From Myxococcota bacterium (lineage in GTDB: Bacteria > Myxococcota > UBA4151), in NCBI GenBank assembly GCA_040260805.1, contig JBDQPD010000022.1:1-39207 (forward strand): a DNA stretch of 39,207 bases. The letters are read 5' to 3'. Every line of letters begins with the position of its first letter. Position 1 is the first letter of the stretch. Of this stretch, positions 9,585 to 18,537 are shown one piece after another. A program made the translations under genes and the position numbers. Below the pieces are notes generated by a model that ran no database searches, was not told where the DNA came from, and was given only the letters and a program-made list of their open reading frames with translations.

Positions 9585-12143
9585 ATGCCCCGGACCTGGA
9601 TCGAATGGCATCGTGATGATGTTGACCGCCTACAGTTCACCGACGAGGCATCGAAACCTCAATGGTTGAGAGCTCGAAACTTTGAGGTCACTCACATCAT
9701 CCTTGATGTGCGCATCGATGACCAAAAGCACACGATCGAGGGATCCTCGACGCTCTCATTGCGGGCTATTCCTGGCGGCACCCGAGAGGTCGAACTCGAC
9801 GCTGCGAACATGGACATCCGAGGTGTCTATGATCGTCATGACCAACCTCTCGAGTACAGCTACGACGAGCGCAAGCTCAACGTCACGCTCAAGCGCTCAT
9901 TGCGAGCGAACAGCAAAGCGACGGTGAGGATTGACTACTTCACCAAGCCACAAAAGGGCTTGTACTTCATCGAGCCCGATGAGGCGTACCCAGACAAACC
10001 TCGAGTGATCTGGAGTCAGGGCGAGTCCGAGGACAACCACCACTGGTTCCCGGGCCTGGATCACCCAACCAACAAGCTCACCAGCGAGGTCCGCTTGACG
10101 GTTCGCGATCACCTCATGGGTTTAGCCAACGGCGAGCGGTTGAGCAGCCACAGTGAAGCCGGTTGGACGACCACGCATTGGATGCATGACATCCCCCACT
10201 CAAATTATTTGATCACCGTCGTCGTCGGTCAGTTCGATGTCATCGAAGACGACAGCGCACACGTCCCGCTGCGCTATCTAGCGCCACCAGGACAGGGCGA
10301 GCGGCTCCAACGAACCTTCGGTAAAACTCCTGCCATGCTGGAGTTCCTGGGCGAGCTCACCGGCTGCCCGTACCCTTATGCCCGCTACGACCAAGTGGTC
10401 GTCCAGGATTATACTTGGGGTGCGATGGAAGACACGACGATGAGCGTCTTTCATGAAGACATCCCACCGCCCGCTCACCTTGAGGATGAGTGCGACCCTG
10501 AGAGCATCGTGTGTCATGAATTGGTGCACCAGTGGTTTGGCGACTTAATCACGCCGAAATCCTGGGGTCATCTCTGGCTCAACGAGGGCTTCGCCTCCTA
10601 CTTTGACCCGATGTATTTTGAGCACACTCGAGGGCGAGACTGGTTCGAGCATCGCCTAGACGAGGACTGCGGCTGGTATTTTGCTGAGTCAGCGGGCGAC
10701 TATCGGCGATCGATCGTGACCCACAGCTACGGTGACCCTGAAGAGTTGTTCGACGGACACAGCTACCCCAAATCCATGATGGTCGTGCACATGCTGCGCC
10801 GCTATCTTGGGGAGCGCTTGTTCCGCAAGGGTGTGGCGAACTACGTCAAACGCTTCTTCGGCAAAGCAGCGGAAACCCACGAGCTCAAAATTGCCTTTGA
10901 AGACGCCACGGGCGTTCCGCTCGACGGCTTTGTCGAGCAGTGGCTGTATGACCGCGGTCATCCCGAGCTCAAGTGCAGCTTTAGTCACGACAAGCGCCTC
11001 GGCGTCGGAACGCTCAAGGTCGAGCAGACCCAAGACAAGAAGAGCAACCGAGAAGCCTTTAGCTTTGATCTTCAAGTCGATATTTTACTCAAAGGTGGGA
11101 AGACGCAGCGTGTTCAGATTCCGATCTCTGAGCGCTCGAGCAGCTACGCCTTTGCGTGCAAGCAAGCTCCGAGCGCTGTAGTCATTGATCCGGACTATGA
11201 CCTTTTGTGCACGATTAAATGGACCGGTAAGAGCGCCAAAGCGTGGCTGCATCAGCTGGCTCATGCTGAAGGGTTCCTGGCGCGTAAACGCGCCATTGGA
11301 GAGCTCGCCAAACACCTGCACAAACCATCGGTTGAGCGTGCGCTCTTAGCGTTAGTCTCTAGCCAAGATGAGTTCTTTGCGCTTCGAGGTGAAGCCGCCA
11401 AGGTCCTAGCAAAATTAGGCGATGACGGGCGCGAGGATCTACTCACCGCCGTCAAGAGCCTGCATCCACGCTCGCTCCGTATGGCGCTCCCGGCGCTTGG
11501 CCCTCAAGCGAACGACGAAACGCTCAAGTATTTACGGCAAACGATCGCCAAGAGCGACAGTGAATACGTCGTCTCGGCAGCCTTGCGCGGGCTCGCGGGC
11601 AGTCGGAAAGAGTCGGTGCGCCCAGATCTTGAGGAGGCGCTCAAGCGCAACAGCTACCGTGACCTGATTCGCTCGACGGCTGCCTCAAGCCTCGCGCGTT
11701 TTCCCGATGAGGAGAGCCTCGCTGCGCTTGAGCCCTTGCTCGGACGCGGCACGCCCAAAAATGGTCGCAGCGCAGCGTTGCATGCGTACGGGCAGGTCGC
11801 GGGTTTACTTGACCAGCGCATTCGCCAGCACGCCTCGGCTCTTTTGGTCCCCTACCTTGCCGATCCCGAGATGCGCGTCCGCATGAGAGTGTTGGGTGCG
11901 CTCGAAGCGCTCGGCGAGTCGAGCACGATCGGCGCTGTTCACGCGCTCGCTGAAGGGGATCTGTTTGGTTCGGTCAAGCGAGCAGCTCGAGACGCAGCCA
12001 AAAAGATTGGCAGCCGATCAGCCCGTCGCTCGAGCGATGGCGAGCTGGGTAAAGCCATGGAAAAACTGCGCAAAGATCAGACGGTGGCGAAGCGTAAAAT
12101 CGCCGCACTTGAGGATCGCATTAACGCTTCGGAGGCGTCATGA
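9585..12143 (+). CDS. pepN: M1-family zinc aminopeptidase with C-terminal HEAT repeats and coiled coil
   Basis: WGAMED, HELVHQWFG...WLNEGFA (HExxH-x18-E), SYPK, Ala/Leu/Arg-rich helical repeats. AAGGAG RBS. Confidence 0.9.
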   Translation: MPRTWIEWHRDDVDRLQFTDEASKPQWLRARNFEVTHIILDVRIDDQKHTIEGSSTLSLRAIPGGTREVELDAANMDIRGVYDRHDQPLEYSYDERKLNVTLKRSLRANSKATVRIDYFTKPQKGLYFIEPDEAYPDKPRVIWSQGESEDNHHWFPGLDHPTNKLTSEVRLTVRDHLMGLANGERLSSHSEAGWTTTHWMHDIPHSNYLITVVVGQFDVIEDDSAHVPLRYLAPPGQGERLQRTFGKTPAMLEFLGELTGCPYPYARYDQVVVQDYTWGAMEDTTMSVFHEDIPPPAHLEDECDPESIVCHELVHQWFGDLITPKSWGHLWLNEGFASYFDPMYFEHTRGRDWFEHRLDEDCGWYFAESAGDYRRSIVTHSYGDPEELFDGHSYPKSMMVVHMLRRYLGERLFRKGVANYVKRFFGKAAETHELKIAFEDATGVPLDGFVEQWLYDRGHPELKCSFSHDKRLGVGTLKVEQTQDKKSNREAFSFDLQVDILLKGGKTQRVQIPISERSSSYAFACKQAPSAVVIDPDYDLLCTIKWTGKSAKAWLHQLAHAEGFLARKRAIGELAKHLHKPSVERALLALVSSQDEFFALRGEAAKVLAKLGDDGREDLLTAVKSLHPRSLRMALPALGPQANDETLKYLRQTIAKSDSEYVVSAALRGLAGSRKESVRPDLEEALKRNSYRDLIRSTAASSLARFPDEESLAALEPLLGRGTPKNGRSAALHAYGQVAGLLDQRIRQHASALLVPYLADPEMRVRMRVLGALEALGESSTIGAVHALAEGDLFGSVKRAARDAAKKIGSRSARRSSDGELGKAMEKLRKDQTVAKRKIAALEDRINASEAS

Positions 12144-12682
12144 ACATACTAAGAGCGCTCGGCATCATCGCTTTAGTCGGCTGTCAAAACAGCGCAGGCA
12201 ACAGCGCCAGCTCGGAGCCCCAAGCCAGTCCCGCAACGGCAGCGACAGCCAAACCCAATACCAAGCAGGTCACGACCCCCACCGGGCTCAAGTATGAGAT
12301 CCTACGCAAGGGGCTCAGTGAGAAGCCAGTGCGTGGTCAACGCGTCTCGGTCCACTACACCGGACGATTTGAAGATGGACGAGTCTTTGATTCGTCCGTG
12401 CTCAAGAAGCGCCCGCCTTTCGTGGTTCCAGTGGGTATGGGTAAAGTGATCAAAGGCTGGGATGAGGCCCTGCTCGATATGGGCCTAGGCGAAAAACGCA
12501 AGCTGACGATTCCGCCCCACCTTGCCTACGGCGCAGCCGGTTATCCGGGTGTGATCCCGCCTAATGCCACCCTGATCTTCGAGGTCGAGTTAGTGGGCCT
12601 ACTTGAGGCGCCCGCCGGCACCGCAATCCCAGCAAAAGCGCCGAACCCAACGACTGAGCCCTCCCAGGAACCCAATCGTTGA
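12140..12682 (+). CDS. FKBP-type peptidyl-prolyl isomerase, lipoprotein
   Basis: Lipobox LVGC; VHYTG, FDSS, VIKGWDEAL, IPPHLAYG, IPPNATLIFEVEL. ATGA overlap with pepN. Confidence 0.95.
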   Translation: MNILRALGIIALVGCQNSAGNSASSEPQASPATAATAKPNTKQVTTPTGLKYEILRKGLSEKPVRGQRVSVHYTGRFEDGRVFDSSVLKKRPPFVVPVGMGKVIKGWDEALLDMGLGEKRKLTIPPHLAYGAAGYPGVIPPNATLIFEVELVGLLEAPAGTAIPAKAPNPTTEPSQEPNR

Positions 12683-13242
12683 AATCGAGCCTAGCGCCTA
12701 CCCTAATGCTCGCCATGCCCGAACTCGACGGCAGCTGGTTCGGGCGCACCGTCATCTTGCTCTTACGGCACGATGAGACCGGGAGCTTTGGATTGGTCGT
12801 CAATCGCCCGTTTCGGAGCATTGATTGCGAGCAGGTCCTTGGGCTGCTTGATATCTCAGAGCCTCTGGTCGCCCCAGGGTTGCTGCATGGCGGTCCGGTG
12901 ACCCCAGAACAGGCGCTAGTCCTCCACCGATCACCGCATCTAGGTGACGATAGCGACGAGATCCTCAAGGGATTGTACGTCGCCTCACACCGAGACAGCT
13001 TGGACACGCTTTGCCGCGAGAGCGAGGACACCTTCTGGATCGTCATGGGCTACTCCGGGTGGTCTCCAGGTCAACTCGAAGAAGAGATCGAGATGGGCAG
13101 CTGGTTTGTAGTACCGAGTGGCGATGAGGGCGAGCGTGTGCTGAGCGGTGAACGCGAGCTGCTCTGGAACGAACTCGCTGCGGGCATCGGCCTAGACGCT
13201 GATCTTCTGCCTCGCTCAGGTTTGAGCGATTTGGTTCAGTGA
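12679..13242 (+). CDS. algH: YqgE/AlgH-family protein
   Basis: LAMPEL, RTVILLLRHDETGSFGLVVNRP, GGPV, GYSGWSPGQLEEEI...SW. Confidence 0.9.
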   Translation: MKSSLAPTLMLAMPELDGSWFGRTVILLLRHDETGSFGLVVNRPFRSIDCEQVLGLLDISEPLVAPGLLHGGPVTPEQALVLHRSPHLGDDSDEILKGLYVASHRDSLDTLCRESEDTFWIVMGYSGWSPGQLEEEIEMGSWFVVPSGDEGERVLSGERELLWNELAAGIGLDADLLPRSGLSDLVQ

Positions 13243-13976
13243 TGACTGAGCGACGTGAGATCAGCCTCGTGACGGCTGGCGGCTCTGAGAAGCTGCCCAT
13301 TATTCTCTTGCGAAGTTGGCGACAGTGGCACGTAGGGCAAGCGGGTCTTAGCGAAATTCCGACGGCTGGAAACACCGGCGACTGGCTCGATCCAAGGCAC
13401 ACGGAAGAGCTGTGGCTAGCGGACGGCTTGGCGCGCCCAAAGGCTGAAGTGGGGCTTCAGTTTATGGTTAAAGCCGGCGAACTCCGCTGCATCATGCCTT
13501 CGCTTTCGACCGCCCTGAATATCGACAACATGGTCTACCGTAACCGGGGGCTACGAACGCTACCTTTGGCTCACACTTGGGCCAACTTCGCTGGTCTCCA
13601 ACTCGCCCAGCTCAAGGTCCATTCATTCCTTCGGCATGAGTCGGAAACGCAGTGGCAGACCTGGGCACCGCCAGTTAATTTAGACCTAGCTTTGAGCGCC
13701 ATTATACCGGTCATCGCTGAAGGACCTGAACCGCTGAGGCTTGGCTTTCACCTGATCTCAATTCCCTTGCTGACACCGGATCAGCCGATCGAACCTGAGC
13801 ACGAGTATGGTCTTGTGCTTGCTGCAGGCGACCAGGTCGCCGAGGTCCTAGACCAAGCCGATTCGCCTTGCGGCTGTCTCAAGGTGTCGTCTCGACGCAC
13901 GGCGCCTTTGTCCGAGAGCTTTCGAAGTCCCGCCGTCTATCAACCCCTGATTCAGTCGGAACAACGCAATGAGTAA
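13239..13976 (+). CDS. Hypothetical protein
   Basis: 245-aa ORF overlapping both neighbours (4 and 8 nt). No family recognised. Confidence 0.7.
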   Translation: MMTERREISLVTAGGSEKLPIILLRSWRQWHVGQAGLSEIPTAGNTGDWLDPRHTEELWLADGLARPKAEVGLQFMVKAGELRCIMPSLSTALNIDNMVYRNRGLRTLPLAHTWANFAGLQLAQLKVHSFLRHESETQWQTWAPPVNLDLALSAIIPVIAEGPEPLRLGFHLISIPLLTPDQPIEPEHEYGLVLAAGDQVAEVLDQADSPCGCLKVSSRRTAPLSESFRSPAVYQPLIQSEQRNE

Positions 13977-14454
13977 CGAAAAGCCCAGACATCTTAGGCA
14001 CGATACCGGGGTCACGATCACTCGGCGTTCGCTCATGGTTGCCGGTTTCTTTCTCGGTTTGCTGACCTACTCAAGCTTTGGGGCAGCGCGTGACCTCTTC
14101 GCAGGCCATGATCCAGCCTCTGCTCAAAATCTTCCTCCTCTTTCGCCCGAGGCGATCGCGGTCTTGGCTGAAGCGGCGAAGCTGAACTTCTCCATCGCGC
14201 TGGCTGGGTTCTTGTTCTATTCAGGGCTTCTCGTTGCGTCGTGGTGGCGCGCTGCAGAGGTCGCCATACTCGGGGTCGCTGTCTGGGCTGTCGGTCGCGG
14301 AACGATGTACATCATTCAACCCCATCACGGGTCGAGCTTTTGGCTCTTCTTGATGCTCGATGTGCTCATTCTGGGCGCCCTTTGGCGTGGCTGGCAAGCC
14401 GTCCGGCCGGCTAAACCCAAGCCGAAGCCCAAGGTTGAGGCTCCTAAAGCTTAG
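13969..14454 (+). CDS. Hypothetical 4-TM membrane protein
   Basis: Four hydrophobic segments and a KP-rich tail; last gene of the pepN run. Confidence 0.7.
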   Translation: MSNEKPRHLRHDTGVTITRRSLMVAGFFLGLLTYSSFGAARDLFAGHDPASAQNLPPLSPEAIAVLAEAAKLNFSIALAGFLFYSGLLVASWWRAAEVAILGVAVWAVGRGTMYIIQPHHGSSFWLFLMLDVLILGALWRGWQAVRPAKPKPKPKVEAPKA

Positions 14455-15938
14455 GGTGCAGGGTCGGCATACTCGCCGCGGACGCACACCACGCCGCTGA
14501 GACTTCTGCCCATATTCGCCACGTCCGAGCTCGGCGACTGACAACTCGACCCGCCGCGGAACAGGTCACCCCAGCCCCCGCGGGCGCTCCCGTCCCACCA
14601 GCGGCTGATCAATAAATCGCCGTAAGCTTCTCGGCTGCAGCCGCCGCGACGCTTTTGCCCGGTGCGAATATAAGCTGCATCCGGAGCACCTTCGCGCTCA
14701 TCATACCAACTCCAGAAGGCTAGATTCTCAGCCACTGACGGTTCGCGAAGTGGCTCGACCAAAGCGTGAGTCGCCGGGGTCGCATTGAGCCCACACAAGG
14801 CGTCACTTTCAGCGTAGGTCTCGAGCGCTGAATCGTTCATGCATAGCCAGAGGTTCGGTGTGATCTCAAAACGCCATTCAGCGCCACCGGAGCAAGCACT
14901 TCGAGCGGTGCATTCGTTGCTGCATTCGTCGTCGTTCAGGACGTTGGCGTCGTCGCAATCCTCCCCCGGATCAATTCGCCCGTTTCCGCAGCGCTCCGCG
15001 TGGCAGTCTTCAGCGCAACCATCGCCGCCCAGTCGATTGCCATCATCACAGTCTTCGAAGCCCTCCCCGCCGGGAACCAAATCGTTGCGGACAATATGAT
15101 CGCCACAGCGCGCAGGCACGCAAGCAGCAGTGCAGGCATCATCATCCGCTAGATTACCGTCGTCGCAATGCTCAAACCCGGCCTCCCCAGGTGCGATGTC
15201 CACGCGCACCACGCCGTCGCCGCAGCTGGCGACGCTGCAGCGGTTCGTGCACGCATCATCGTCGTCGGTGTTGCCATCATCGCACTGCTCTCCGCTCGCT
15301 AACTGAACCGCTCCATCGCCGCAGGTTGGCGAGGTACAGCGCGACGTACAGCCGTCATCTTCATCATCGTTCCCGTCATCGCAAACCTCACCATCGCTGA
15401 CGATTCCGTCGCCGCAAAAGGCTCCAGTACAGTCGCTGCGACACTGGTCGGTGTCGTCGTCATTGGCGTCATCACAGGCCTCATAGCCGTCCTCGCCAGG
15501 TCGAAGATCAGCGCGCCGAATGCCGTCACCGCAGCGAGCCAGCTGGCAGCTGCTTAGGCAGCCATCTTGATCCACCGTGTTGCCATCATCACAGGCTTCA
15601 AAGCCTGGCGATCCGACCAAGATATCAAAGCGCACGAGGCCATCACCGCACACCGCAGGGCGGCAGGTGTTGGTGCAGCTATCATCCTCGAGGGCGTTAC
15701 CGTCGTCACAGCCCTCATAGTCGGGGTCGTCCGGGGCAAGGTCAGAGCGCTGAACAGCGTCACCGCAGCGGGCGACTCGGCACGAGTCGGTGCAGCCATC
15801 GGCCGCTTCGAGATTTCCGTCGTCGCACTGCTCGCCGGTTTCAAGCTCGCCGTTGCCGCAGGTTGCAGCCACTTCGCGCACGACGACGGTATCTTCGCCG
15901 CAGCTCATCAACAACAAAGCAAGGCAGGCGCGTCTCAT
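14451..15938 (-). CDS. Lipoprotein with 9 Cys-rich repeats (DUF4215-like) and a C-terminal putative C-type-lectin-like domain
   Basis: Start trimmed to MRRACLALLLMSCG (ATG 15938, ATGA overlap with the upstream gene, AGGAG RBS). Nine E.CDD[GA]N cores and a roughly 150-aa Trp/Cys-containing head. Confidence 0.85.
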   Translation of the reverse strand: MRRACLALLLMSCGEDTVVVREVAATCGNGELETGEQCDDGNLEAADGCTDSCRVARCGDAVQRSDLAPDDPDYEGCDDGNALEDDSCTNTCRPAVCGDGLVRFDILVGSPGFEACDDGNTVDQDGCLSSCQLARCGDGIRRADLRPGEDGYEACDDANDDDTDQCRSDCTGAFCGDGIVSDGEVCDDGNDDEDDGCTSRCTSPTCGDGAVQLASGEQCDDGNTDDDDACTNRCSVASCGDGVVRVDIAPGEAGFEHCDDGNLADDDACTAACVPARCGDHIVRNDLVPGGEGFEDCDDGNRLGGDGCAEDCHAERCGNGRIDPGEDCDDANVLNDDECSNECTARSACSGGAEWRFEITPNLWLCMNDSALETYAESDALCGLNATPATHALVEPLREPSVAENLAFWSWYDEREGAPDAAYIRTGQKRRGGCSREAYGDLLISRWWDGSARGGWGDLFRGGSSCQSPSSDVANMGRSLSGVVCVRGEYADPAP

Positions 15939-18418
15939 TGGCAGGCTCCTCGTCCGGCACAATCTAGGAAGGCTCCATGAACGCCCGGGCTTGCGTCTCC
16001 GCCGCCTTGACCCTCCGCGTGTCGAGCCCCGCCCGAGCCACCAGCGCCAGGCGCGCCACCTTCAAAACTGTTTTGAGCCTGCAAGAACTGGCCACCAAGC
16101 CTTAAAATGGCGAGCGAATGTCCACCCGCTCCGCCGCCGCCGCCGCCGCTGTGACCGCCCGTGCCACCGGCGCCGCCATCACCGCCCCGACGGGACCCAC
16201 CGGCGCCATTACCTGCGGCGCCGCCAACGCCGCCAGGCTGACCAGCGCCAGCGTGCCCGCCAGCGCCTCCAGCGCCGCCCTGACCGCGTACAAAAACCGA
16301 GTTGTAGACTTGGATGCTGCTCTCAATCGCCAACACGCCAAGGCTTCCGCCTGCGCCGTAGCCGCCGCCGCCCGGCGCCGCGGCGCGACAACCGCCCGCC
16401 CCACCGCCGCCCCCGCCAGCCCCATGGGAGTCGGTGCCAACATCGCACCCGCCGCTGCCGCCGCCGCCACCGCCGCCGGTTCCATGCTGACCTAAACCAC
16501 CCGAGAGGCCGTCATGCGCGTACCAAAAATCGCCGATAAAGCGTCCACCGCTTTGAGCCCCGGCGCCACCACCACCATGCACGGTAGAGCCTGCGCCTCC
16601 GTCGCCAGCTTGTCCGCAGCGACCGCCTCCACCTCCGCCGCCGCCAGCGCCATTACGCCGGTCTGCAGCAGAGGCACCGGCTGAGCCCGGTCGTGCGTTG
16701 TAATTCAAACTCCAAAAGTCGCAGTCGCTGTCCATGGCGCCGCCATTTCCGCCGTTACCGCCGCGTGTTCCGCCACCGCAGCCGCCACTTGCCCCGGCAC
16801 CGCCCGACCCTCTCGACGAGCTGTCACAGGTGGTGTTGTAGCGCCGTGCACGCCCGCCAGCAGCTCCGGGAGGAGCTGCGCCTTGTTGACCGCTGCCGAC
16901 ACCGAGCGAGCCAGACTGTCCTGAGGCACCATGTCCCGCCTCAAATCGAACGCGACGAAACACCAAATTCGAGCTCATAGCATGCACCGTTTGGCTGCTT
17001 GCGCCTCTTCCATTAGGCATGCCCACTGCGTTCGGACTGCGCAGCGTGACATCAGCGATTTGAGCAGACACAAACCGAGCTGAGAGCGTGACCACCTGCT
17101 GCTCGGCATTAATCACCGAGCCCACTAGCTCGACGCGACCCGCCTCCTGCGCGCTGCGCCTCCACTGACCATCATAGCCCCCATAAACCGAGACGCCGTT
17201 GACCAAGGTGACAGCGCCCTCGTAGCGACCGCCCATCAAATACGCTTCTCGCTTACCCGCATCACCAGCGACCTGCAGCGCATGACTGAGCGTCAAACAA
17301 GGACTCGTCGGATCGCAAAATGGATTGTCCATTCCGTAATCAGCGACGAAGACCGCTTGCGCAATCTCGCCATCAATTCCGTCGCAGTTGCTGTCTAAGA
17401 AATCGGGATCTGGGACATCGGGACCCGGCGCAAAGTCTGTGCATTGGTATTCGCAGCCATCGCTGTCATCACCGTTGATGTTGTACCAGCCTTCGTCGCA
17501 CTGTTCGAGCCGGCAATGGCCTGTCCCACACGTTGCGCTCGCCTGAGCGAGCTCGCAAACCTGCCCACAGCCACCGCAGTTTTCCATCGTCTTTAGATCC
17601 GTCTCGCAACCAAAGACGGCCTCGTCGCAGCTGCCATAGCCGTCGTTGCACGAGACCATGTGACACAGACCGTCGATGCAGGCGCCCGCAGCGTTAACGG
17701 GGTCGCACGCGCTGTTGCACGCGCCGCAATGAGACAGGCTGACCTGGAGATCAAAGTCTTCGTCTACTCGTCCGTCGCAGTCGTTGTCGATCCGATCGCA
17801 CAGCTCGGTCGGCTCTTCAGAGACAACGCAAGCATACTCACAGCCGTCTTCTCGGTCGCTGTTGAGGTCGTGAAACCCAGGATCACAGGCACCCATCGAG
17901 CAGCCCTCTTCGCTGCATAACCCTTCGGCATTTTCGTACGCACAAGCGTGCCCACAACTCAAACAATGCGCCGGGTCAAGTCGCTCAGTCTCACATCCAG
18001 AGAGCTCCTCGGAACAATCTAAAAAACCCTGCTCGCACAACTGAGTACGGCATACTCCCTCAACGCAAACCGGGACTCCGTTTGGCGCCTCGCAGACGAT
18101 ACCACAGCCGCCGCAATTCAAGAGGTCAGTCTCCAAGCGAAAGCCTTCGTCAATACGGCCGTCGCAGTCGTTGTCTTCGAGATCACAAACTTCGGGTCCC
18201 GGAGCATTGGGCGAACAGGCGTATTCGCAGCCATCCTCAACCTCTTCGTTCAAGTCAAAGAAGCCATCGTGGCACGCGATCAGTGAGCAGAGTCCTTCGT
18301 AACAAGCTTCCTCGGCGTTCGGTAAGCTGCACTCGCCGCAAGCTTCTGGCGAGGGTGCCTCCGCATCACCGCAGGCACCAATCCCGGCGATCAACAGTAA
18401 GACGATCATCAAGCGCAT
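15935..18418 (-). CDS. Large lipoprotein: Cys-rich repeats (E.CD..DNDCDGR.DE, MopE-related-like, and NCG.CG..C), putative beta-helix, PGRS-like Gly-rich C-terminus
   Basis: MRLMIVLLLIAGIGACG lipobox (ATG 18418, GGAG RBS); DSNCDGIDG..AVFV..PC.TL..AL; VSVYGGYD; long GGxGGxG runs. Confidence 0.85.
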   Translation of the reverse strand: MRLMIVLLLIAGIGACGDAEAPSPEACGECSLPNAEEACYEGLCSLIACHDGFFDLNEEVEDGCEYACSPNAPGPEVCDLEDNDCDGRIDEGFRLETDLLNCGGCGIVCEAPNGVPVCVEGVCRTQLCEQGFLDCSEELSGCETERLDPAHCLSCGHACAYENAEGLCSEEGCSMGACDPGFHDLNSDREDGCEYACVVSEEPTELCDRIDNDCDGRVDEDFDLQVSLSHCGACNSACDPVNAAGACIDGLCHMVSCNDGYGSCDEAVFGCETDLKTMENCGGCGQVCELAQASATCGTGHCRLEQCDEGWYNINGDDSDGCEYQCTDFAPGPDVPDPDFLDSNCDGIDGEIAQAVFVADYGMDNPFCDPTSPCLTLSHALQVAGDAGKREAYLMGGRYEGAVTLVNGVSVYGGYDGQWRRSAQEAGRVELVGSVINAEQQVVTLSARFVSAQIADVTLRSPNAVGMPNGRGASSQTVHAMSSNLVFRRVRFEAGHGASGQSGSLGVGSGQQGAAPPGAAGGRARRYNTTCDSSSRGSGGAGASGGCGGGTRGGNGGNGGAMDSDCDFWSLNYNARPGSAGASAADRRNGAGGGGGGGGRCGQAGDGGAGSTVHGGGGAGAQSGGRFIGDFWYAHDGLSGGLGQHGTGGGGGGGSGGCDVGTDSHGAGGGGGGAGGCRAAAPGGGGYGAGGSLGVLAIESSIQVYNSVFVRGQGGAGGAGGHAGAGQPGGVGGAAGNGAGGSRRGGDGGAGGTGGHSGGGGGGAGGHSLAILRLGGQFLQAQNSFEGGAPGAGGSGGARHAEGQGGGDASPGVHGAFLDCAGRGACQ

Positions 18419-18537
18419 GGGTAAGCTCCGCTTCGAGACCAAGTTTGCCACAGCAACCGCCCTGGGTCGAGTTGGCCGAGCGATTCGCCCAGCAAGCACT
18501 CGAGCCCTAGCCCTCGTTGTCCACCCACACTAGACGA

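Noticed and set aside
15790..16980. Arg-rich and Ala-rich ORFs (249 aa, 125 aa, 127 aa) over the Gly-rich region
   Set aside because: Alternative-frame products of GGC/GGN codon runs, with no independent start signals.
3962..18418. Diversity-generating retroelement targeting the lectin-like or RCC1 heads
   Set aside because: No reverse transcriptase and no near-identical TR/VR pair seen in this window. A remote element cannot be excluded.
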